A stretch of 64,000 bases of DNA. Origin: Marsupella aquatica (lineage: Eukaryota > Plantae > Marchantiophyta). The position numbers and the translations under genes are program-made. The stretch spans positions 18,673,292-18,737,291 of the forward strand of contig OZ316898.1 in NCBI GenBank assembly GCA_973895155.1. Reading direction: 5' to 3'. Positions 12,979-25,699 of this stretch are shown piece after piece (position 1 is the stretch's first letter; each line of letters opens with the position of its first letter). Under the pieces are notes generated by a model, which worked only from the letters and a program-made list of their open reading frames with translations, was not told the origin of the DNA and did not search any database.

Positions 12979-15629
12979 TCAAGTACGTGCATTGTCTTAT
13001 GGAAGTGTGAAATATATACACTTTTTTATTCAAAACTTTGGTATCTGAATTCTGGGTCTTGAATCCTAATTTGAGCACTTAAACTTTAGTTTTGTAGCCA
13101 AAAAATCTGTTTTTTTAACAAAAAAATTATGTTGTGGGGGTAGAGTACCACTCCCCCATCATCTAGGAGCATAAGCTGTTCAGGTTCCCTGATTCTCCTA
13201 CAAAGTAAACTGTATTTGTGAGGTTTACTTAGTGATGGAAGTAGAGGCCTAAGAGGGGCTCCACGGGCAACCTACTTTCTGCCTAGGAAGTCACAACTTG
13301 AGCGGTTGGGTTAGGCAGATGGGGGCAAGCCTGCCTTCATTTACCAGGACAGTCCCCGCTGGTGCTATGCCACTGAAATTCCCCATGCTAGTGAGAGGCA
13401 AACATAAGAGCCCTTTCTGTATACCTCCAATCAAGCGAGGGTGACTGGTCCTAACGCAGTCCGTTGGAAGACAGGGAAACATGCCATGCGGCCCACACCA
13501 AAACAGAAGGGCACCTTGTGATATTGTCTGGGGTGGGAAGTGCCCAATTTCATAAGGCAGTTGTGTGGCCGGGGCTTCAACCTTGTTGGGGCAGCACCAG
13601 GCAAAGGAGCTACCAAGCATTCTAGAACTTATCAGGTAATGTTTGTGAAACTGACAAAAAAACTGTACTGTCTACAATGTATATTTTAGAAATATTTTGA
13701 ACATGTTTATGTAGAACAGTTATGTATCATTGTTTTCAGCCATAAAATTGAAATCTGCCTAACTCATTGCATTGATGGCATTGGGCTAGAATTTGAAAGG
13801 TAAAAACATTATGTTTCTGTGTGGGGCATGTTTAGACCCAATCAGAGACTCGGGCTTCCCTTCTACATCAATGCATACACTTCCTTGTTTGAGGGCACAA
13901 GGAAGAAGAAGTTCTATCTTGGGTGTCTGGTCTCACCTCGATACTATAGCATCTTCACACAACCTTGCATCCATCCCAGCTCTCCACTGTACATTGGCAA
14001 TGCATCCCGAGACCAAAGCTGATCTAGCTTGGATCTCTCTAGTTCCAAATCTCTTCTACTTTCATGATAATTGAAGCTAATCACCTAGACAATTCACAAG
14101 AATCAGTAACAAAAATACATCTCATCTCCCAACAAATCAAATTTAAACGGGTAAGGACAGCCATTGCAACGGGTCCCCAAAATATTTGATTTGTTGGGAG
14201 GTGGGATAAGTTTTGTTACTCAACCTATGGAAAGTTCTTTCCAAAATTCTTGGCTCCACAACAAAATGATGTCCACCACTGGCAGGCAGCAGGAGAGGAC
14301 AGTTCCTGTAGGTTGCTGCCCAAACTGTGTGCATTGATATTAAGATAAATACCATGAATTACATCCCTATTTTTGTCCAGCAGACTATGAGCGGAGTGGT
14401 AGATTGTCCTGTGTATGGTCGGAGGCGAAGGTGCAAGTTTGAACCGCACTGCAGGTGCAGCTCTTTTCAAACTAACCCACCCAAAAGTGGATTCCGGCTA
14501 AAGCTTTGACAATGATGAAAAATGATGATTTTTCAAGTTCTGCAAGCAGCAACTGAGGAGGAGGAGCAGCATAGAGTATGGAAGTCATAAAATAACTTAC
14601 GCATCTCCCTGAATCTTGCCATCTCCCATCAAATCAATGAATGGGGTAAAAATTTGTCAGTCTGGTTACTCTACCGTCTATTGAATTGGTGCCTTATTAC
14701 TTGATGTTATGTGTGTTTTGAGTTGATGGTTTACTCAGGGGAATAAGGTTGGCTTTAGACGAAAGAGTGGACTGAATTTGTGATATTTTCCAGACCAAGA
14801 TGAGTGGACAGTTACTTGAGCTTCCAGGCTCATGACAATCCCAGGGACCTACTTGTGTGGGGAATGCATTCCAAGAAATTGACCAGACCAAACTAAAAAC
14901 AGTGTATAGGTCAGCATTTTACACCAAGTGCCATGTAAAGTTTGGGCATACCAGTACTGAAGTGACAGTTAGAATTTTTTATAGTCAACAACAGCCATAC
15001 TAATACCTGAGATTGCATCCCAATCTTAAAAAGGAAAAGTTGTCAGTTTCCTCTTTCTTGTAAATTATATATGTCACTGCAAAAGAACAAACAATGCCTT
15101 ACCTGAGGGAGACACGATCTCAAAGGCCAAAATCCCAATATAGGAGAGAAATTGACAAGAAGAACAAGGAAAAGCCTCCCCGCTCCCTCTTATACTCATT
15201 ATACCTCTTGAGAGAAATGGAAAATAATGATCATCCTGGGGTGGCTTTACAAGATATCTAGGCCCACAGTTTTGTTTTATCTCCTTTGAGATAAAAGTGG
15301 ACCTGGTAATGAGTGCAAGCGGTTTCAATTGGCTTTACAAGCTAGGGCCCATTCATGGAGGATGCCTACCAATCCTGCATAGCAGTGTGCCTAATAAATC
15401 TTGTCTTGCTATAAAAACAAGAAGAGTCCTTCAAAATTGCTTTTGTGGAAAAGGTCACTCAACTTGCCTCAAGTCTTCTTGTAAGCCACCTTTAAATATC
15501 AAAAACTATAATAAAGGGTTTCACACTTTTTCAACGTGGTCATTGTTTAAGATTGTTGGGGCCTTTTGGGTGAGAAAAACTAACACGGGGAAATCAAAAG
15601 CAATATTGAACAGAAAACATATCGTGGTG

Positions 15630-16520
15630 ACTTGGCGTATGGTGGCCGGGTGACGGAGCCCCGACCTCTTGACTCCCTTGCCAGTACGTCGCTCCGGCAC
15701 GACTCCCTGGCATGTCCCTCCACCCGACTCCCTCTCACGCCATGCCCGCCCCTACTGTATGTCGACCACCAACCTCCCTCCCTCCCTTGCAAGTGCCTCT
15801 CTCCCTTGCCTGACTCCCTTTTGAATCAACGGGCCCTTGCTGGCCCAACGACTAGCCAGGGAGTCGGGCAAGGGAGTCCCAACGCTCCCACAGCCGACGC
15901 CCTTGCCCCTCAAGTGTGTTGAATTATAACGTCTTTCTTCACGATGATACAATCGTGACTCATACCATGCTCACGTAATTGACACAATCCATACTGGTTC
16001 ACCTCTTCTCCAAGGCTACGTCCACACAAACATGAAAAGCTAGCTTTACTTCAAGAGTCGTCTCCACACATGAGATCTCTCTCTCACACGTCGCGTTGTT
16101 ACAATAAGCAAGCACTAATGTACCAGTGGCTTACACTAGCCCCTGGTATATTCAAGGTCACTTACAACTAACCTAACCTCAGCTAAGTCCCTAACTGTGG
16201 TTAGACTAATTGTCGTAACCTATGAGTCACAAGACTAAGAGCAATACTTAACAAAGTGGAAGATGCAGCCCCAGCCTCCACTCCTTTGCCATTGCCTCCT
16301 TGACTCCCTTAAGGCCTCCCTCGACTTTGACTCCCTTGATGACTCCTTGCCTCCCAACTTGACTCCCCTCCTTGACGGCGGAGTCCCTGCCTCCTAGCTT
16401 GACGCCCCTCCTTGACACCCATTCAACATGGTGGGATGAGATACGAGACCAGGACTCCCACCCTAGCCCCAACTCCTTGCTGAGCTGTCCGGTTCCAACT
16501 CCTTGCCAAGACCTTTGCCT
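15630..16520. repeat. GC-rich repeat debris with many GACTCCCT motifs
   Basis: GACTCCC(T) and its complement GGGAGTC recur many times. The downstream stretch 16560-16650 resembles 17905-17985 inside the LTR-like insertion. Confidence 0.55.
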
Positions 16521-16719
16521 TGCAGTTATGTATTGCATGCCACTCAAAGCCGCATGGGTTGGGGACCAAAAATTTGGGACCTAGGATGGTCCAAGGGTGG
16601 CAGGTCCCCGACCCTTGCCCCGACCCAGAAGTATATTTGAGGGGACCACCTCCACTCAAACATCCAATGTTGGAAAGTTTTACAAATCACACCACCACCC
16701 CATGGGGGCATGGGGTTGG

Positions 16720-17035
16720 CAAGTAAGGAGCCAAGTAAACTTGGATGAGGTTACCAAAAGGGTTTCATGCAATGGGTAGCAAAAAATGGTCTGACTGTTG
16801 AAAAGTGGGCTGAGCCATACCGTTGCCCCAAGGGGTCTTGGCATTGGGGCAGACAAAGCAAAGTAAGCGGCTGCGTGCGACTTTAAGTAAGGAACTTAGA
16901 GTAACCAAAACATTGGGGTTACCTAGGGGGTTCCAAGATGCAAGGGGTAGGAAAAAAGGGCCATTGAAAATCAGCAAAGCCACGTCCTTGCCCCAAGGGG
17001 TGTTGGTATTGGGGTGGCCAAATCCAAGTAAGCAA
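16720..17035. repeat. ~165-bp direct repeat, 2 copies
   Basis: AAGTAAGGA...GTTACC...ATGCAA.GGGTAG.AAAAAA...TTGAAAA...TTGCCCCAAGGGGT.TTGG.ATTGGGG...AAGTAAGC appears twice. Confidence 0.7.
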
Positions 17036-17369
17036 GCACCATGATAACTTTTTCCTTAATCTTTGGTGAAACAAATTTTTTTCTTAACGACATCTTTTTA
17101 CTTGATGACATCTTTCACATAACATCTTAGTTTGGCAACACAACTTCTTTTCTCTTAACAACAATCATCTTTTTACTTCACGACGTTTTTTCACATAACG
17201 ACATCTTTGGCAAAATGACTTCTTGTCTCTTAATGATCTTTTTATTTTACAACTTCTTTCACATCTACATAACAACATCTTTGGCGGCCCAACTTCCTTT
17301 ACACAAAAACATTATTACTTCACATCATCTTTCACATAACAACAACTTTGGCAAAATGACTTTTATTTC

Positions 17370-18836
17370 AGTCGCGGAACTCAACTACCTTAACACTTAG
17401 CTCCGGCGTCGCTGACTTTGACGCCGAGCTCCCTTATGGTCCAGGCCCGGATAGGCCATCCGGGGAGGATTTAGCATAGGGAGACTTGTGGGCAATGAGA
17501 CGTGGCACTAGTGAGGCAAGGAGCCAAGCTGGGGGCACACACTAAGGACTTGGACTAGCCAATGGCTGGTCGGGTCAAGGGGAAATGGGCCGGGCTCAAG
17601 GATAGCCGTCTGGACCTCCGGATGGACTTTGAGTTCTGAGGGTTTGGGAGTGAGCTCCTCTTGGGCCCAAGGCCAATGGAGTTGACGCCATTGGCAACGG
17701 ACGCTTGGGGCGCAAGTTGTGGCTCGATCCGGGTTGGGCCGGTCGAGGGCCACGAGTGGCGATCAGACCTGAGGGCCTAGGCATGAGCACTGGGTCGGCC
17801 CGATCGCAACGGGATAAGGCACTCCGCTTGCGGACGCCTATCAATAAAGTTATGGGCGTTGCCAGTTGGTGGTGCGCCCATTATGCGTGATGGGATCCGG
17901 GTTGGGGGCCAAATGTTTAGGGACCAAAGCTGGTCCGGGGGTGGCAGGTCTCCAGAAGCATATATGAGGGGAGTGGTGCCTCCCTGGGGGCTAAGGGCGA
18001 GCCGAAGTCGTGAGCCGCGGCGGTCGCGACACTAAGGGAAACTGCCAAACGGAAATGGCGATATCTTCCCAACGGGAAGTCCGTTGGAGTACTTCTTGGG
18101 TGCGTTGGAAAGCTCTTGAGGAGGGCTACGCCCTCCTGAGCTTAGCTGGGTCTGGGGGTACCTTGGGGTCTTGGGGTTTTCGGGTGTTAACTCGCTCGCT
18201 TGCCAAATCCCGTCGAACAACAGCCAAGTCGCGTTCAGTCTCCCAAGGGAGCTTGCGTTGGGGAGGCAAGGCCAAGTAGGTGTGGAGGTTGAGTCCCAAG
18301 AGGGTTCGGCCCCTAGACCATCAATGAGGTGAACCGGGAGTGGACTCTAGGGTCAGGGCCATTCTGGTCCCGGCGTGTTGGGACAAGCTACGCTATTGGG
18401 CCATGAGCATGTCCTGAGGTCAGGGCGGTCAGTTGGTGATGGATAGGTACGAGGGGGAATCCGGGCCGCGCCCAAGGAAGGAGCTGTTCTGGACGAACAG
18501 TGGGTGTGAATTCTGGTTCCGGCTTATGGCATCGGGAGGACCTATCGTTGACCTATTTACCAATGTTTGTTGAGCTTGAGTTAGGATGCTAGACTCGGCG
18601 AGTTCTAGATCCGGAGGGGTTACTTACCGAAGTGCTTGGTTGCTTGTGCAGACAGTGAGGATCGTTGAGTAGCGGTCGTGTAGGTGAGCAAGTGCGGCTT
18701 CGTATGGGAGGGGCCGCTGGTGGTGCAAGAGGCACTTGGGTTGCTCAAGGTATTCCGTGGAGGCGTTCGGGCACCAAGGGCACTTAGGCGCAAGTGCTGG
18801 GATTGGTGATGGCGCTGGGTGGCTAGGTCCATCACT
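17370..18836. mobile_element. Solo-LTR-like insertion (~1467 bp) with 5-bp TSD ATTTC and AGT...ACT termini
   Basis: A GC-rich block interrupts an AT-rich minisatellite, which resumes in register afterwards. ATTTC lies at 17365-17369 and 18837-18841, the ends read AGTCGCGG / CCATCACT, and there is an internal TATA-like CATATATGAGGGG near 17960. No gag/pol ORF is present. Confidence 0.6.
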
Positions 18837-19346
18837 ATTTCTTAACTACATCTTTTCATTGACAACATCTTTGGCAAAATGACTTCTTTTCTCTTAACAA
18901 CATCATTTCACTTTATGACATTTTTCACATAATGACATCTTCGGTGAAACAACTTCTTTTCTTAGCGACATCTTTGTATTTCATGACATCGTTCACATAA
19001 CTACATCTATGGCGAAATATTTTTTTTTTCTTAACAACATCTTTTTACTTCACAACATTGTTCACATAACGACATCTTGGGCAACAAGACATCTTTGTGT
19101 CATACTTGGGTATTTGAGCTAGTAGCTATATATAACACTGCCAAAAAGACAAGAACGCCACCTGGGTTTGGCCACAAGGCCACAAAGGCAAAAAGACCCA
19201 ATAAAGAGGGGGGGGGTGGGAATAGCCAATGTCCTTCAGGTTTGGGGAGAACCAACTGGTGCACTTTTATACTTTCTACCACCAGTGTTGTTTGGGGAGG
19301 ACCAACTTGTGCAAATTTTTAATTTAATAAAATCATTATTGACTAA

Positions 19347-20930
19347 CTATTTCAATACCCGTGCATTGCACAAATGATGTTGTTGCGTAAAAGATGTCGA
19401 TGCATAAGAAATTCTTATTCAGAAGATGTCTATCCATAAAAGACGTTGATGCAAATCAATGCCATTCCACAAAAGGGGTCATTGCGTAAAATGTGACTTT
19501 GTGGAGAGGATATTGTTGATGTAAAAGCATACAAAAATGTTGTTGCGTTAAAAAAATTTCATTGTGTGAAAAATGTTTTATAAGAAAATATGTGTTTATG
19601 TAGGATAAGTTCTTCTATAAATAAGGTAGTGCAGAAGGTGCATACCCAATCCAGAGCCAAGATGAGTAGAGGTCCAGGGCAGGCATTTGGGGCAGAGGTC
19701 AAGGGGACTAATAATAGTCTCGATATGGGCTTAAGAAAAATGGCCCACTTAACACCACAATAAAAATGATTTCACTCTGGGTGTATAATCTTGAATAATT
19801 GTTGCAAACCATAGTGTCATGATTGATATAGTATAGCATGTTCATCCTGGAACATGCCTCTTTTTTTGTCTTGTAGTGATATGTAATTCATTTGACTTAT
19901 TTTATGATAAAAGTGGTACATGTAAAGTATATGCCAAGAAATTAATATCTGTTAATTAAGAGTGAGTGACATAGTACACATGCAAAGAAAATAACATTAT
20001 GACCAAGAAAGTACAAAGGTATTAAAGAGTTGTGCACATAGAGATTTTCACTTGCTTCAAGGTAATGACAATCATCTCAATTAAAACCATTAATCTTGTA
20101 AAGGAAACCAAGAGTGGAACTTAGTACACCATCTGTGCACATCAAATTCATTTCTCTCACTCTCATGAGAAAAAAGAGAATGCATTAAGGAGTGATTGAA
20201 AAGGAGGTTAAACATTTATGAGGGGAGCCAAAATCATTCAAAATACTCCAAGTTCACTAAAATTAAAGGGGTCCAAAAGTTAATTCAAAATCAAATTAAT
20301 ACAAATGATTCACTTTGTTAAGGCACATTAAAATCACAATACTGAATACAAAATATGAATAAGACAAAATGTGAAAGGTGGATTCACCATATATAGCATG
20401 TTCATTGTACTTCTGCAAACCATAGTGTCATGATTGACATAGCCGGACCATGGCCTGGGAGGTGAGAGTATGGTTGATTCTCCTCCTCCCGTTTCTCCTC
20501 TACCCCCTCCCATTTTTTTTACAGTTTCTTGGTGCCTCCATTTTCCAATTTCATTGTGACTCTTTTGTTTTGTTTCCTACCCATTTTTTTGGCAAGGCAA
20601 ATTCATAAGATGACCATTGTAAAAAGTGACTGGACCTTGTATTATAGTTTTCAATCTTGGTAATCTAGATCCAATAAATTTTCCTTATCTGACAATGGCG
20701 GATGACCATTGATAGTAAAAAGTGGGGGAACCTTGTATTATAGTTTTTAATCTTCATAACCTGTTGTAACACGTGGCGGGACCTAGTATTATAGTTTTAA
20801 TCTTGGTAACCTATCGCAAAAAGTGGCGGGACCTTGTACTATAGTTTTTAATCTTGATAGCCTATTGTAAAAAGTGGGGGGGGGGGGGGGGCGCTTGTAT
20901 TATAGCTTTTAAGCTTAGCAAACCTAGAGT
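19347..20930 (-). mobile_element. Degenerate non-autonomous Helitron-like element, tail-to-tail with the element ending at 19122
   Basis: The minus-strand 3' end CATCATTTGTGCAATGCACGGGTATTGAAATAG|T is homologous to the + strand end at 19090-19123 and is preceded by an inverted copy of the same minisatellite (19375-19600). 5'-like motifs lie at 20618-20930; the distal boundary is uncertain. Confidence 0.5.
20618..20930. repeat. Five ~50-bp tandem units (AAAAAGTGGCGGGACCTTGTATTATAGTTTTTAATCTTG), the last containing a long G run
   Basis: Units start near 20618, 20716, 20766, 20818 and 20869. The poly-G run spans about 20876-20892. Confidence 0.85.
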
Positions 20931-21256
20931 AGATCACTAAATTTTGCTTTATGGGACAAATGGCGGTTTGGTTGAACATTATTGTTTAACTGTTGGTACC
21001 ATAGATCCACTCAATTTTGCATATGGGACAATGCGGTTTGATTGAACGTTTGACTGCATCCCTCACTACTGCTTTTCCAGCAGTTTTGGGATAGCTGTGC
21101 AAAGGCTCTCCAGCCTCCAAAGTTCTCTTCATGTTCGGAGCTCATCGACGAATCGTTCATTTGGCATCAGCGAGACTGTGATTGAGAGACGAAAGGGAGG
21201 AGGGGGTTTCGAAGAGAAATCCCGGAGGTGATCAGACAGAGGAAGGTTTAGCGGTC

Positions 21257-24200
21257 ATGACGAATTCTCTCACAGAGCCTCTCGTTGGAGGGAACGGACG
21301 AGAGGTGTCTGTGAGAGAGGAGAAGGATTTGAAGCAGAAGGAGAATGAGAAGGAGAGCTCGAATGCGGGCTCAGGATGGGTGGGAGCCGAGCTGAAGACG
21401 CAATTTTGGTTAGCGGCGCCGATGGTGTGTGTGAGCTTGTTGCAATACTCACTCAATCTTGCGTCGGTGATGTTCGTGGGGCATTTGGGGGAGCTCGCTC
21501 TGGCCAGCGCTTCGATGGGCACCTCAATTGCCAGCGTCACAGGCTTCAGCTTTCTGGTAAATTCATCCTCTCCTCCAATCCGTTCTCTGCTCCAATTTCA
21601 ACTTCTCACTCGTTTGTTTTTGGTGTGTTGCCTCGAACGACGTTTTATGAGTTCTCAGTATCGTTTTTCACCATATCATTTCGTGAGGAGTGTGGACTAG
21701 TGGATGGAATATAACTGACAGAATTGATGCGTGGTGGTTTGTATGTCTTTCAAGTTGCCATGTACGTTATGGTGGTCAAGTGGTTACGCCCAGAGATTGA
21801 GAGACAGGGACTTGTGGTACTTGTAGATGTTTCCTCGTTTTCTGCAATAACTCCTGCGAAATTACTTTTAAAGGGAACTTGATCCGCCTCATTTTGCCGA
21901 TGTCCCTTGAGATGCCTATAGAGTCGAATAGCATTCAGGTTTTGGCATCATCGTGCATTCTGGGACCTATGCTTCTGAGAGTGATTCCAGAAGTTTCGTT
22001 AAGGTCCTTCGGCACATTTCAGTTTTTGGCTCGCACTCGCTGAAAGCTAGGATGGGTAATTGGGAGTCAGCTGAAGTTTCTGCTCCTCTGTCAAATGTGA
22101 CTTGGAAATTCGGTTGTAACGACGGCTAGTTGAAATGCGAACTCGTGTTTGGTTGTGCAGATGGGAATGGGCTCAGCTTTGGAGACTTTATGTGGACAAG
22201 CGTACGGGGCCAAACAGTATGCCTTACTCGGGACCTATCTTCAACGAGGAATTGTGGTTCTGAGTTTGACCAGTGTGCCCATCGCTTTCGTATGGACGAA
22301 CATCGGTACACTTCTTCGGGCAATGGGACAGGATCCTGAGATTGCAGATGGCGCTGCACAATATTCGCGGTGGTTGCTTCCGAGTCTGTTCGGCTATGCG
22401 GTCTTGCAGCCGCTTGTGAAGTTCCTCCTAACCCAGAGCGCCGTGTTGCCAATGGCGTTGAGCTCCTCAATGGTTTTGTGCTTCCACATCCCCGTCTGCT
22501 GGCTGCTCGTCTACAAGCTGGGAGTGGGTTTTAAGGGTGCCGCTATTGCCCACGGATTGTCAACGTGGTTGAATGTGACGTTCCTCATTATGTACGTCAA
22601 ATTCGGTCGTGCTTGCAAGCGTACTTGGGTGGGCTTCACCTCCGATGCCTTCCACGACATGAAAATCTTCTTCAAGCTCGCCATACCCTCGACGTTGATG
22701 ATATGGTGAGCACATGTACCACATCCTTCCAATTCTCATCGGAATGGTTCTCCGTTCTTCTCCGTTTTCTGACTTTCGTTGTACCCCACGTAGCACTTTC
22801 GTCATTGTTTGCCTGTCCAATGTCTTCTGACCGCGTTTGCGGAATCTTGATGTAAAGTTGCAGTGGGTGTCGTCCTGGTACTGTTTAAGATTGCATTTCT
22901 TCTGTCCTACTAGGAGATAAGAGGAACTTAATGATACACTCTTTGCCTGGCTCATACTGTCTATCCCGGAAGTGTGTCTGATTAACCGATAATCGATATG
23001 TTTTTCCACGAACAGTTTGGAGTACTGGTCCTTCGAGTTGATGGTGCTCATGTCGGGATTACTGCCGAATCCTAAACTGGAGACGTCGACGTTTACTATC
23101 TGGTAAGGCTACTCACCGAGGGCGGATGTTGGATCTTTCAGTTCCTTGACTTTCTCACTACAGCTATCCACAATTCTTGACTGCAAAACAATGAGATCGT
23201 GAATAAATGAAGACGACTTTGATGTAGCAGCAGGATACCGACAGCTGCTTTGCTTTCATGAGACCGATTGTCTCGTTTGCACAATTTGATGATTACTTGA
23301 ATTTTCCAATGGCCAGCCGCTTCATACTACTGCTTAGTAAACATTTAACACAAGCACGACAGGAAACAGAGCCTTAGTCTGCCGGACGGATTTTTTCCGA
23401 GGAGCCCCAATGTCTGCAGATGTGGAAGTATACGATAGAACAGCTATTGAGGTGTTAGGTGCAGCAACAGGAATGAAAGCAACTGATTTCTCGATGTGTG
23501 GCCGTTTGCAGCTTGAATACGATTGCTCTCCTGTACATGATTCCGTACGGGCTCAGTGCGTCTGTGAGGTGAGCTACTCGCTGCCTAACAACTTTCTGCC
23601 CACCTCACAGGAAAATGAACACACCCAATAACCAAAATGCAAAAAGAAAATCCCCCCAAAAGATCGTCGTGGAAGGCGAGTTCCTACACTTAAACGGTTG
23701 CGGTTTGCTTTCGATGCACACAATTTGAGCTAGGTGCGAGCGGCCTAGATTTCGTCGCCTTTTCATGTCCGAAGCGCAATGCTTCGTCGCTGCGTTCTAT
23801 GGATGTAGAGCCATTAGATTCTTGTGGATTTTCTAACGGCAAATTGCTCGAAGACGGTTTCTCGAAATTGGTCAATGCATTGATAGATCCCTTCGGTTTC
23901 GCTGAAAAGATGATGACGGTAACCTTAGATTCTCGCTGCAGGAGAAATTGCAAATCCCTTACCTGATTGATCGTGTGGGCCTTGTGCAGCACGAGAGTGT
24001 CCAACGAGGTGGGGGCTGGGAGAGCATCTATGGCAAAGAGAGCAGTGATAGTGGCACTGTCACTGGGTCTCACAGAGGGACTCATTATGTCAACCACCAT
24101 GTTCTCGTTGCGGCACGTCTGGCCCAGGGCATTCACTAATGAACCTGAAGTGGTTGACTACGTCGCGAGGGTGATTCCGTTTCTTTCTGGGCTCACGATT

Positions 24201-25582
24201 GCAGACTCCTGCCAAGGAGTTCTCAGTGGTATGCCTCTTTCATCGAGCTCTTGAGCATGAATTCAATCAGTTCTCAGTAGATCCTTCATACGGATTTTGC
24301 TTTCATTTATTTCTACCCGATTTCTTACATTCAACTGATTGTTATCAGAGTTTTCATTCCAGCGGCTGGCAATAAATTTAAGTTAGTTCTCAATGGCTAG
24401 ATTCTGAGTCTATATTGGATCATTACCTTGAATCAAATTTGTTTGATTGATTTCCTGACCTGGTGACTCAATTGAGGTGAGTCTCCAAATCGTGTCGGAT
24501 CCTGTTAGGGACTGTTATTGTTGGAAAAATGATATTTTTGCAGGAGCGGCACGAGGAGCTGGCAATCAATCACTGGCGGCTGTTCTTAACCTCGGTGCAT
24601 ACTACGGTGTGGGCGTACCATTGGCTTTAGTTTTGGCCTTTTACTTCCATATGAATGGACAAGTACGTACTAAAATGGCCTGTCAGTCTGTGAGTGTGTG
24701 TGTTAAGAGTCTGTAGGTTGATAAAGGCTAGTATTCATCGTTTTCCTTTTGTTGGGTGTATGCAAGTAGAACATGTAGGACTTGCTTTCCTGGAGCTTCA
24801 TTCATTTCACATCTCCGTCAAGTATGGACTTCCCAGCAATTTTATCACTGCACCGCCTCCATCAAGGTTTACTAAAGATGCTATCAATTTATATTGTAAC
24901 AGGGTCTTTGGATTGGGTTGATAGCCGCTGTTTTCGTCCAGGCAGTAGGACTTCTCCTTATTTGTATCTACACAGATTGGCAGAAGCAGGTGATTCAACT
25001 AAATATTACGAAACGTCTTAACAGAGGCGCTTTCTTGGCCAGTGTAGTATTTTGTAATTTGAAGTGAATGCTGTTCAACTCCTGCCGTTGCTTTCAGTTG
25101 AAGCGGAAGCAACTGCGATGGTCATATAATGACTAAACTGAATGCAAGTTTATGTGGTATTTTGCTTATTATAAAATTGGAATTGAAAGTGGAATTCCCA
25201 AGCTAGAGGGATGCTTATGTATTGAGGCTCTTAGCTACGAGTGTGAATGCTGCCTTTCCCTTCGTGTATTCTCTCTCCTGCTGGTTCCACGTATTGACAA
25301 GTGCTTTGTTATCTGGATATGCAGGCCCAAAAGGCGCTGGATCGGGTATTTGCTGACCGGCTGCCAGAAGATCACATTGTAGTTCCTAAAGTGAGTTCAA
25401 CTCTCAGGCCCAGAATAGAAGGACAATCACATGCATCTTGTGTGAAATGGTCTAGCTGAAATTATCTATCATCAAACTCTGAACGGCCATGTTAGTGCAA
25501 TATCTGACAATAATGTGTGGTCAATTGCGTACAGGACGACTCTGAATCGCCTTTGATTCAGCAGAGCGAGATACACAATTGA
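21257..25582 (+). CDS. MATE/DTX efflux transporter copy 3, ~515 aa, 9 exons (21257-21556, 22161-22705, 23016-23102, 23512-23568, 23990-24228, 24544-24662, 24903-24989, 25325-25390, 25535-25582)
   Basis: It has the same MATE motifs and intron positions as copy 2, all GT-AG. The exons sum to 1548 nt and the protein ends [15 protein letters not shown]. Confidence 0.95.
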
Positions 25583-25699
25583 GTAGCGTTAGTTCATGCA
25601 GTGGACGACAATTCTAAGGGTATTATGGATGGATCCTCCTAAGGTCAAATGGGATAGCATCCTCGGCTATGACACTATTTGTTGCAGAGGTTTCAACAA

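Larger units (their letters stand above)
15499..19122 (+). mobile_element. Degenerate non-autonomous Helitron-like element with internal ACAACATC minisatellite and a nested LTR-like insertion
   Basis: The 5' end reads A|TCAAAAACTATAATAAAGGG and the 3' end ...TTTGTGTCATACTTGGGTATTTGAGCTAG|T (decayed hairpin plus CTAG). Pairing these two ends into one element is an inference. Confidence 0.5.

Noticed and set aside
13100-15450. Protein-coding gene or identifiable transposase
   Set aside because: Only short ORFs without recognisable motifs are present, so it is left as unassigned degenerate DNA.
21770-21830. tRNA/SINE-like A-box GGTGGTCAAGTGGTTA in MATE3 intron 1
   Set aside because: There is no B-box or cloverleaf, and the paralogous intron shows it is only a ~10-bp indel.
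25083-25120. Small hairpin GTTGCTTTC...GGAAGCAAC conserved in intron 7 of MATE3/4 as an ncRNA
   Set aside because: The stem is only ~9 bp and the whole intron is conserved because of the recent duplication. I recognised no snoRNA box arrangement.
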